From the NCBI GenBank assembly GCA_003707115.1, contig PPNB01000011.1, forward strand, positions 186,001 through 250,000: a stretch of 64,000 bases of DNA, given 5' to 3'. The notes below the pieces were generated by a model. It was not told the origin of the DNA, did no database searches, and was given only the letters and a program-made list of their open reading frames with translations. The position numbers and the translations under genes were made by a program. Shown in pieces: positions 31,561 through 41,000 of the stretch. Within the stretch, counting starts at the first letter, position 1. Every line of letters starts with the position of its first letter. The DNA comes from Tortispora ganteri. Lineage: Eukaryota.

Positions 31561-33255
31561 CTAATAAAGACTGATATAGGCTAGATTGTCGGGCAACGCC
31601 TTGAATGTGTCAGGAATTGAAAGACCTTGAGTTCTCAGGCTCCAGACATGGGAAACGACGTCTAACAGCGGATGGACATTCGTCATACAAACCATCTCAA
31701 TGTCTTTGATCCTTGAGACAAAGTACTCGTACTGGTCTTCGCGTGCACATACACTGCCCATCAGCATCACAAAAGGCAGCGCCGCAGCAGTGCGCGAATT
31801 AGGATCGATCATGTCGACCTGCATTTGGATAGTCGAAACGAGCATCTCAGACTCAGACTCCAGCTTCTCTGGTCGCAAAAATATATAGAAATATATCATC
31901 GCAGCTGCATGAAAAGCTTCATCACAATGAACTAAATACCTTTCCTTTTTCTTCAAGATAGACGTCTCGCGTTTGTAATGATTCTCAACTTGTCGTTTCC
32001 AGAGCGCTAGTTCCAGCGCGTCCAAGTCATCCTTTGACGGCCGTTTAAACCGGCACCGCAAAATCTGGATAATCACTACTGTCAGATGTGATGAGAACCC
32101 ATAAAACAGATCAATCGCGTCATTTGCATCAGGATCCTCTATCCAGTGAGTCGTCCAGAAACTCAGCAAAAAATCCAGTCCTTCTATCACAGGCGGTGAA
32201 GGGGTAAAGTCCCGGAGCAGTCCTGCCGTCACTAGCGATATCGTGTAAGTCAGCCATTTCGCCAAGAACCACAGCTCAGAACTGGGCTGCTGACCATTCA
32301 GATTGCTCACGATCACCCTTAACACATTGGTCGCACCTACACAGTGCATCTCGACTAACGGAAGGTTGTTCTGAACAACATAACTCGTGGCCAGCGCCAG
32401 GCTGGCAGACATTTTAGCTAGCCCAGCAGGGCTATCTGATAATTTTGAGTCGTACAACGCATCTCGCAACCCTGTGAGCGAAGATATAATAAGCTCGTTC
32501 CGTGCGTTGTGGTCTTCTGCAAAGCTGAAGATTTTAAGTTGATGAATGTATGAAAGATGCAGAAGAGATGACATGAGAAAAGGGTAGTTGATAGCCATAG
32601 GAACAAGAGAGGATATAAAAGGCGTCGGAAGCATATGTACAGCACAAAACCTCGCAGTGCTGGTTATATAGAACTCCCATAGAGCGTCAGCATCGACTGA
32701 GCTGACAGAATCCGAAATGAGCGCCGGGCTTCGTCTGTTGTGGTATGTCATTTCCAGCGAGGGAGAGCTTTGCACACTTATTTCCTCGCTCAAAGCTTCG
32801 GGATCATCGTCAGTAGTGCAAATAGGGGTTTCAGTAGAGAAATCTGTGTCTGTGAGGTTTTGCAAAGGAAGTGGAAGATACGCGTCTACCACCGGAAAAA
32901 AGGTCGAGTCGGGGAGAGAAACTGGTATACTCGTTGGAGTTTCTATATTCTCAATGCTTTCTACCTTTTCTTTTGGTGGTTCTGCGTTCATTTCAAGTTC
33001 GGCGTCGGAAAGATAGCTGCGCCCTTTGTGAGAAGACGTTTTAATCTTGTGAGAGTTGTCCTGCATTCCCACATAAAACTGAAACAATCTGTACTCACAA
33101 TCGGAGTGCGCTTTGTTACATGATGCGCACCTTGGTCGTTCTTGCGAACAACGTCGCTTAAGTCGCTTACATCTTTCACAGTTTCCTCTGGATCTTACTG
33201 CTAAGCCGGCCTTCCGAGACTGGCTCTCAACCTTCTTCGTTTCTCGCGATAACAT
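31561..33255 (-). CDS. Zn(II)2Cys6 transcription factor with a fungal-specific TF domain
   Basis: RSRGNCERCKRLKRRCSQERPRCASCNKAHSDCEY binuclear cluster. Confidence 0.9.
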   Translation of the reverse strand: MLSRETKKVESQSRKAGLAVRSRGNCERCKRLKRRCSQERPRCASCNKAHSDCEYRLFQFYVGMQDNSHKIKTSSHKGRSYLSDAELEMNAEPPKEKVESIENIETPTSIPVSLPDSTFFPVVDAYLPLPLQNLTDTDFSTETPICTTDDDPEALSEEISVQSSPSLEMTYHNRRSPALISDSVSSVDADALWEFYITSTARFCAVHMLPTPFISSLVPMAINYPFLMSSLLHLSYIHQLKIFSFAEDHNARNELIISSLTGLRDALYDSKLSDSPAGLAKMSASLALATSYVVQNNLPLVEMHCVGATNVLRVIVSNLNGQQPSSELWFLAKWLTYTISLVTAGLLRDFTPSPPVIEGLDFLLSFWTTHWIEDPDANDAIDLFYGFSSHLTVVIIQILRCRFKRPSKDDLDALELALWKRQVENHYKRETSILKKKERYLVHCDEAFHAAAMIYFYIFLRPEKLESESEMLVSTIQMQVDMIDPNSRTAAALPFVMLMGSVCAREDQYEYFVSRIKDIEMVCMTNVHPLLDVVSHVWSLRTQGLSIPDTFKALPDNLAYISLY

Positions 33256-33626
33256 TCGATTAGCGTGTGTGTATCTGTAATGCTGCAGCTATATACATAA
33301 AGAATTCCTCTTATTCTATCATTTCAACGCGAAATAGTCACCAATATGATGAGAAAATATGCAGTTGAAATACTATAATGGGTCGGTCCACTTGTAAAGA
33401 TAAGGTGAGTTCGAAATCCCAATAAGGTTTGCACAGATCAGACGTTACGATTGGTCAAAAAGCGTCACTATCATTCGCACACCATGATAACCCTGTCCCT
33501 GCCCCGCGAAGGCTTAGGCGTTTAATATGCTCACGACTTGAGTCAATATGCTCTACTTATAGATCATTAAAATTGACTCACTTTTTATGATACTAGCAAT
33601 TGCTAATGTCACCACAGTTATCTAAA

Positions 33627-35063
33627 TCATGAAGAGGTGGAAGAAACAGAGGACGAGATGTCTCCTATGTCGCACCAACCATGCACAGGCAAACAGTTGA
33701 AGTATTTACACCAACTGCAATGACCTCCACCGTTATAAAAGTTCTTGAATAATAACACAAACGCAACAATTGCTACCGCCAATGCTAAAAATCTAACAGC
33801 TCCCCATGCATACCAGGCTATAGATTTCCCACGCAACGCTCGTTTTGGATGTTTCCAATATATATGGATTGTAGGCACTTTAGAGCGATTGTTCTCATTC
33901 CCGCAAAGGCGTCTGATAAAGAATGGCGACCTCATCAGTAGTACACCCAGTAAAATTCCCATAATAAACCCACCAATATGTGCAAAGTTGTCCAGTCCTG
34001 GGAGCAAGCCTAGCACAAAACATATAATGATCTCGACTATATGCAAGATAAGCAGTCGAACTGGCCGTTCATACAAATGCCAATTAAACAGCAGATCAAG
34101 TAGGTCAATCGCCAGTATTCCGAACAAACTTCCTGACGCGCCAGAACTTGCTACTCCAGCCGGAGAGTAGTTGGCTCCTAGAAGAAATCCAAATATGCCG
34201 CACGCAAAATAAACAATGAAGAACCTAATTGATCCAATCTCCTGCTCGAGAATTACTCCGAGCCGTATCTGCAGAGCAAGATTTAAAGCTATATGGAGAA
34301 TACCGGCATGCAGGAAGATTGGTGTGATGAACCGGAACCACTGATCAGGTGGAGATCCAATAGGTTGGAAACCGCAAAGCTCACTTAACGAACAAACATC
34401 GGTGTCAATAGTTGTGGAATTAGGACAAGGATATAGTAGTGTTTCTTGATCTATAAGACCAGGAACTTGATGCATACATGGTGCAAATCTAGCGCCCATA
34501 TTAATTAATACATATGTGCTAGGCCCTATCATGGGGTTGAATGAGGGTTGTGTCTGAATTGGGCTACCAGTGAGAATACCCATTTTGACAAACTCGACTA
34601 TAAAAACAATTATCTGAGCTGCTGAAACAATAGTTATGACGTATGGAAACGTTCTCCAATTAATTCTCGAAAAAAATGAGCCTTTTGAAGGTTCAGTTTG
34701 CTTATTTAAGTCAGAAAAAGTGTCAGTGTCGCCCCAGTTTGGCGACGGACGGTGATCCAAGTGTGCGTTCGCTGAGTAGCCGTCTAAACGCTTTACCGAG
34801 AATCCATTAATAGGGAAATCGTCTGATTCACTATTAGTATTCACTAAGGACGATTCAAAAGCATTAAGTTCAATTGGACGGCAGATAGGTCTAGAGTACG
34901 TGTAGTCGTCCTGAACGTTCGACGACCAGGATGACTGTGAGACGTCATTAATCCGCGATAAGGTAGGGCGAGAGTAGTTATATGCTGAATATTCGGGCGT
35001 TTCAAGCTGATAAAAGTTAGATGGATCATATGATTCGTCTTTAGGTGGGTATTGCCTAGACAT
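33627..35063 (-). CDS. Rhomboid intramembrane serine protease (secretase type); ORF is open to 35102
   Basis: NPMIGPS, QWFRFITPIFLHAGILH, catalytic GASGS and AHIGG. Confidence 0.93.
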   Translation of the reverse strand: MSRQYPPKDESYDPSNFYQLETPEYSAYNYSRPTLSRINDVSQSSWSSNVQDDYTYSRPICRPIELNAFESSLVNTNSESDDFPINGFSVKRLDGYSANAHLDHRPSPNWGDTDTFSDLNKQTEPSKGSFFSRINWRTFPYVITIVSAAQIIVFIVEFVKMGILTGSPIQTQPSFNPMIGPSTYVLINMGARFAPCMHQVPGLIDQETLLYPCPNSTTIDTDVCSLSELCGFQPIGSPPDQWFRFITPIFLHAGILHIALNLALQIRLGVILEQEIGSIRFFIVYFACGIFGFLLGANYSPAGVASSGASGSLFGILAIDLLDLLFNWHLYERPVRLLILHIVEIIICFVLGLLPGLDNFAHIGGFIMGILLGVLLMRSPFFIRRLCGNENNRSKVPTIHIYWKHPKRALRGKSIAWYAWGAVRFLALAVAIVAFVLLFKNFYNGGGHCSWCKYFNCLPVHGWCDIGDISSSVSSTSS

Positions 35064-35472
35064 GGTGAATGAAATGTGACTAAATAACAAAGAGAACAAC
35101 AAATAGATATGGAATCTGCGGCGGGAGCTGTTGTTGAGTTATGCGCGTTTAATGTAAGACTCCTACTTTTTAACTAGAAGCTTCAATGACTAGAATGCAA
35201 AAAGAGAGACAAAATGAATAGTGAAAGGCGGTGTTCTTATTTGAAAAGATACTTTTAATAGCTCAGGGGTGATTTAAAGAAGTGACAGCTGGTTAGTGGT
35301 GGCCGTTTAAGGTTATATTAGGATATTATCAACCAATCACAGACGTTTATAGGTAGTATATGTCTTCGCCGGTCTAAAACTGCCGCATTTGGTACCTTAA
35401 ACTAGTGATCTGCGGTATACAATAACAAATACGTAATTTAGCATGTGTACACGCATAGGGGCGCGTAATACG

Positions 35473-37701
35473 CTATCTATTAGCAGAGCTCGAGGCCATC
35501 TCCTCGGGCATGTGCTGCGGGAACTCATTTAGAATCGGCGATCCGTGCAGGCTAGGATACACATCCATGCCGGGCGATGGATTTTCCGCATAGTTTATGG
35601 TGTCATTCAAATTTTGGTGTGGTATCAATGAACCGTGCACTGCCTCGTTCATCATAGAGATCCTCTGATACTTTGCATCTTTGTCATTTCTTTCGTTGAC
35701 GTGCAGCAGCTGCGTGGGATGTTGTTGAAGCTCCTCCTCGTTCTCCGCTTCTCGGTCGCTGCTGCTGTCGCTGCAAGCGTCGTCATCATCGTCGTCGTCG
35801 TCATTATTTTCCCGGTCTTCATAGTGCGAGTTATCACTCTGTAATCTCTCCGGGTGCATTATATATGGCCCATGACTGCCGCCGCCTTGTAGTATCCTGT
35901 CCCGCAGCCCTATGGGCTGACACGACACCATCAAATTGACGCGGCCAAGAGCAAACTCCATAGGAGCAAACCCACGGCAGGATATCTGCAGGGCCCAGCG
36001 GAACTCGCTGACGAGACCCGCATACGCCTCCACTTCTTCGGCGCTCGAAGATGTTACCATTAACAGTGTAGCAAATGTGCCAATAAGCGCAAAATGCTGC
36101 GCAGCCTGTGCGTGCCAGAATGCCTCTAGATGTTCCCTTCTGAGACTTTTCGTGAACTCAATAGCAGCCACCACGCGTGCTCTCGCTGCATTTCGACAGA
36201 CCAGTACTAATTCGGGAGGAGAAAGCTCTGTTAGAGATTGGATAATGCGCCGGTGCAGCATGATCTCAGCAGCAAAGTATGCCAGATGTAGGTACCCTGT
36301 AGAAGAGAACATTCTAGATTGCTCATAGTTCATGTGAAGACACTCTGGAAGCGATTTGTACCATTGTCGCAATCGTGCCTGTACGGGTTCAGCTGCATTC
36401 AGTACATTTTCCACGTCCACTAGTGTATTTAGCGACTTCAAGGAAAAGAATATGTCGTGAATATCTCCAACAATTTCGCTCAAGCCTACAAACTCCTTGA
36501 ATAACAGTCTTCCAGTTTCTGAATCAGCGCTTTCAGGTTTTCTTATCTCTTCTGTTCCAGTTTTCTCGCGGAAATCCATAGCCTGGACTTTTTTCACTAG
36601 CCAGTCGGTGTGGTTGATACGAGACGAATGGCCAGTTATCAGAGATCCCCATTTGTCTTCAGCCCAAACAGCCCATGCCAGTCGTCTTCTGAGACCTCTT
36701 TCCCATTTAGGAATCTTCCAGTTACTGCAGTCAAGATGCAATCCTAATTCTTCAGAGATTGCCACGACTTGCGACAGCAAGGCCCAGTTACCACTGGTGC
36801 CGGAACGCACGCGTTGTAACAGAAGCAGCCCAGCCTGGACGGTAGACAGTTTGGGCGACTGCACTACAAACGAGAAAGTTCTCAACGCTATTGAATCTAA
36901 AGCTCGTAGGTCTGGTTTAGGCAGCGCTGCAAGCGTAGTGTCATAATCCCACCAGTTCAATGCCAGCATGTAAACAGCAGCGAGTAGTGATGGAGAAAAC
37001 TCCCGATATGACCTCTTATACTTCTCTAAAAACACTTCACGGTGGAGTATAGGGTAATTGGGGTGAATAATGCGGAAATAGAGATCAATTAAAGCAGCAC
37101 CATGTGGGGCTATAATGCGCTCGATCGCATCACAGTCTTGCAGAAGTTCCTGGTATCCATCGAGGTACTGGTCCTTTTCCATTATAAACACAGTAGATGG
37201 CGCGACGCGTCTGAACTTAACGCTAGGAGATATTTCCACTTCATCTAAAGAGTCGAACTTGACGTGCTCGAGAACTTTCGGCTCGAACGAAGAAGTAGGG
37301 CCGAGCAGAGCCGAGCATCGTGGAAATTGTAATCCTAGAGTTTTTTTTAACAGTGAATATCCCTTTATTTCTGAATAATCTGATATGCTCTTATCTGTGG
37401 GTGAATTATCTGTAGTCATTGACTCGAGTATAGGCGGTTTAGAGGATTTCTTACGCTTTGGTAAAGGTCCTGCATTGAACGTGCATGTCTGGTTCCGCAA
37501 TCGACACAAAATGCAATCTTTCTTACCGTCTTCAAACACACATCGCGACTTCCTCTTCCTACACATATCACATGGCCTATTAACTGGCTTGGCTTTAATT
37601 GAATCACTAGGAGAAATTGTCTGCTGGCTCGAATCCATCTCGTCCTCTTCTTTCTGCGCAGGCATATGATTATGGGTCTTCGCTAGTGATCGTTTAGCCA
37701 T
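35473..37701 (-). CDS. DAL81: Zn2Cys6 transcription factor Dal81/TamA
   Basis: RPCDMCRKRKSRC cluster; IAPHGAALIDLYFRIIHPNYPILHREVFLEKYKRSYRE and WKIPKWERGLRRRLAWAVW are characteristic of Dal81. Confidence 0.88.
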   Translation of the reverse strand: MAKRSLAKTHNHMPAQKEEDEMDSSQQTISPSDSIKAKPVNRPCDMCRKRKSRCVFEDGKKDCILCRLRNQTCTFNAGPLPKRKKSSKPPILESMTTDNSPTDKSISDYSEIKGYSLLKKTLGLQFPRCSALLGPTSSFEPKVLEHVKFDSLDEVEISPSVKFRRVAPSTVFIMEKDQYLDGYQELLQDCDAIERIIAPHGAALIDLYFRIIHPNYPILHREVFLEKYKRSYREFSPSLLAAVYMLALNWWDYDTTLAALPKPDLRALDSIALRTFSFVVQSPKLSTVQAGLLLLQRVRSGTSGNWALLSQVVAISEELGLHLDCSNWKIPKWERGLRRRLAWAVWAEDKWGSLITGHSSRINHTDWLVKKVQAMDFREKTGTEEIRKPESADSETGRLLFKEFVGLSEIVGDIHDIFFSLKSLNTLVDVENVLNAAEPVQARLRQWYKSLPECLHMNYEQSRMFSSTGYLHLAYFAAEIMLHRRIIQSLTELSPPELVLVCRNAARARVVAAIEFTKSLRREHLEAFWHAQAAQHFALIGTFATLLMVTSSSAEEVEAYAGLVSEFRWALQISCRGFAPMEFALGRVNLMVSCQPIGLRDRILQGGGSHGPYIMHPERLQSDNSHYEDRENNDDDDDDDDACSDSSSDREAENEEELQQHPTQLLHVNERNDKDAKYQRISMMNEAVHGSLIPHQNLNDTINYAENPSPGMDVYPSLHGSPILNEFPQHMPEEMASSSANR

Positions 37702-37869
37702 CTGCTATGGAAAAGGAGCACCTTTCTAATAAATATTCACCAGATCACAATAGCGATATCTATATAATACTAAAAAAAATGTCTGCAATATTGTCTAGCA
37801 CGCTGATACAGCCTAATGATCAGAACAAAAATAAAGAAAATCCCTTTGCACTTACTTTATATACAATTA

Positions 37870-37885
37870 TCGGTCAACTCCGTAC
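37870..37885. promoter_or_regulatory. TCGG-N6-CCG Ppr1/UaY-type site upstream of DAL81
   Basis: TCGG TCAACT CCGTAC, about 170 bp upstream of the DAL81 ATG. Confidence 0.5.
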
Positions 37886-38056
37886 CTTTCATGGTGACTT
37901 TAAAATACCGTTTTAAGGTTAATGGGACTTGCCGTTTTGGGTAATACCATCTCGGGTGAGTACACAATATTTTCTCATTATCGGATACACCGGCGATGAC
38001 CCTTAATAAAATAAAAAAAAATAGCTATTTACTTACAGGTTGATCTCAGTTTATGC

Positions 38057-41000
38057 TTACTTTAAGACAGCAATAAGATCTCCAGCTTCCACAAAGTCGC
38101 CCGACTTGTGGCATACTTTCAGAACTTCGCCATCTTGCGGTGCAGTGACCGTCATCTCAGTCTTCATAGCCTCAACAACAATGAGTCCTTGACCCTTAAC
38201 AACCTTATCTCCAGGCTTTACGAGAGCCTTCCAGAACCGTCCTGCAACTTCACCGTAGACCATCACAGCATCGTCGCCAAAGTCTTCGTCCTCAACAGCG
38301 TTGCTCATGCTGTTTTGTTCTAGCTCGTCGTTTGCAACCTGGATCAGTTTGGCAATCTCCTCAGTGCCCTCCATTACGTTCTTCTGGTACTCTTCAATGC
38401 TCGTCTTGTTCTCCTCAATCCACTTGCAGTACTCGCCGTGATTAAACATAGACTGCGTAATATCAATTGTGTATCGGCCGTGCTTTACTTCTTCAGACAA
38501 CTTGTCGAGCTCCTCCTCGCTAATAGGATAGTACTCAATGATGTCAAAGGGATCGACAAGCCACGGTCTATTCTGCTGACCAAGTACAAGCTTATCCCAG
38601 ATAGGAATCGTGCGGCCAATCAATTGGTATCCTCCGGGCGAGTCCATGCCGTAGATGCACATGTACATGCCTCCAAGACCAACTGTGCCTTCGGGAGTGA
38701 ATGTACGCGAAGGATTGTACTTTGTACCAACAAGACGATCCCTGGGGTCAAGTGGAACAGCGCACGGTGCTCCAAGGAACACATCGCCAACACCGAGAAC
38801 AAGGAACTGTGCTCTGTACATAAGATCTTTGACCTTGTCGCGGCTGTCGAGCTGATTTACCTTCTGTAAGAAGTCCACATTATTGGGCAACCAGGGAGCC
38901 TTCGACCTAATAGTCTCTTGGTATCGTTGCACTGCAGCAAGGGTCTTAGTATCTTCGAAAGCCATGGGTAACCGAACACGTCTGCAAGGAACAGACCAAT
39001 TGTCGTCAAACACCAATTCGTTCTCATACTTGATCAACGTGTCTAATAACTTCTTCTGACTCGTTTTGGTGCCATCAAATTCAATAAGTACTGATCTTAC
39101 ACCAGGCGACATCTCAATAACACCAGTGGTATAATTCTTGAAAACAAGTTGAGTCAGTCTATAAACTCTGTAAGGCATGCGCAAATCTAAAAGGTTATCA
39201 CCGTATTCAACGAGAATATATCTGTCTCCCGCTTGTCTATAAACGATCTTAGGAATTCCATCCCTAGCCTCGCTCCTGTACAGCACAGGATCTTCAAGTT
39301 TCGACTGAATAGACAGAACAAGGTCTTCAGGTACCTCGTCCTTCAGGTTTTCAATGACATCATCGTACGCCTTCTTTAACTGCAGAGCGCCCTGAAAATC
39401 AACAAGCACAAACTGGATCATGTCGCCAGGCTTCAATTGTCCAACTTTCCACATCTCGGCTTCGACAACTGTGACAGGACAAACAAAACCGCCTAATGAT
39501 GGGCCGTCACAGGTTAAGATAACAGGCTCGTCTCCCGTGAAGTTCAAAGCACCAATAGCGTAGACATAATCGTGCGCATTAGATGGATGCAAACCAGCTT
39601 CTCCACCGTCCTTACGAGCCCATTCAGGTTTGGGTCCGATCAGACGTACACCAAAGCGGTTTGAGTTATAGTGTACCTTCCATTCGGATGATAACAAGGT
39701 ATCTATGCTCTGCGGTAAGAAGAAATCCGGAGATGTATGCGGTCCAGCCATAACACCAATCTTCCAAGTCTTAGGATACTTAGGAATGACGGCGGTTGAA
39801 GGCTCTGCAGGTTCGCTCACAGGAGCAGGGATCTCACAGGCTTTGACGGATTCGTCACCGAGGAAAATGACATCTCCAAACTTTAGAACACGTCCGTTAA
39901 ACCCGCCCATGTTTCCAAGCGCAAAGGTTGATCGGCTTCCAAGATACTCGGGGACGTCAATACCGCCTCGAATGGCAATATACGATCGGCAGCCGTTTAT
40001 AAGTTTTCCAACGCTCAGTTTCTGTCCTGATCTAATTTGTATAGGCCTCCACATAGACACTGGCTCGTCATCAATAGTGACTTTAGCTTCACCACCGCAA
40101 ACAGCTGCGATACCGTCTCTGTGGAACAAGAGAGTAGGGCCCATCAATGTACATTCAATTCCAGGCGCATTGGAATGGTTGCCAACAAGACGGTTAGCCA
40201 TACGGAAAGCATAGTCATCCATAGGTCCAGAAGGAGGAACACCGATATGCCAAAGAAGCTTGCGTCCAGGATAGTCTTGAACAGTTGTGTAGCTTCCTGG
40301 TACGGTAACTTCAACAGCATTAGGCTTGTATGAGAAAGTATCAAGAACACGTGTGTAAACATCGCCAGATCTGAAGAAAGAAGTGCGTGCAATTGCACGA
40401 AGATAGTCAATGTTGGTAACAATTCCTCCTACACTGGTTTCGTCCAAAGCTTTGATAAGTTTATCAAGGGCCTCGTTTCTGTCCTTGCCGTATACAATGA
40501 TCTTGGCAATCATAGGATCGTAATTGGCAGAAACCTCAGATCCCTTAGAGATCCAAGTATCTATACGAGCGTCATCAGGGAATGATACATTAGTGATCTG
40601 TCCAGGTGAAGGATTAAAATCTTTGGCAGGATTTTCAGCATAGAGCCGCGCTTCCATTGATGCACCTTTGATCTTAATCTTCTGAGAGAAATCAGGAGGA
40701 GTATCTGCAGCAACTAACAGCATCCATTCGACCAAATCTAAGCCAGTGACTTCTTCGGTTACTGGATGTTCAACCTGAAGACGAGTGTTGACTTCCAAGA
40801 AGTAAAATTCTTCACGCACTGAGTCGTATATGAACTCAACCGTGCCAGCACATTTATACTTCATAGTTTTCGCAAGGCTCTCAGCAGACTGTCGCAACCC
40901 GATGCGCACTTTCTCAGGAATAAACGGACCAGGTGTCTCTTCAATGACTTTCTGATTGCGACGTTGCAAAGAGCAGTCACGTTCACCAAGAGAAATAGCA

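Noticed and set aside
37981..37992. TCGG-N5-CCG near the DAL81 promoter
   Set aside because: Spacing is 5, not 6, so it is not counted as a Ppr1-type site.
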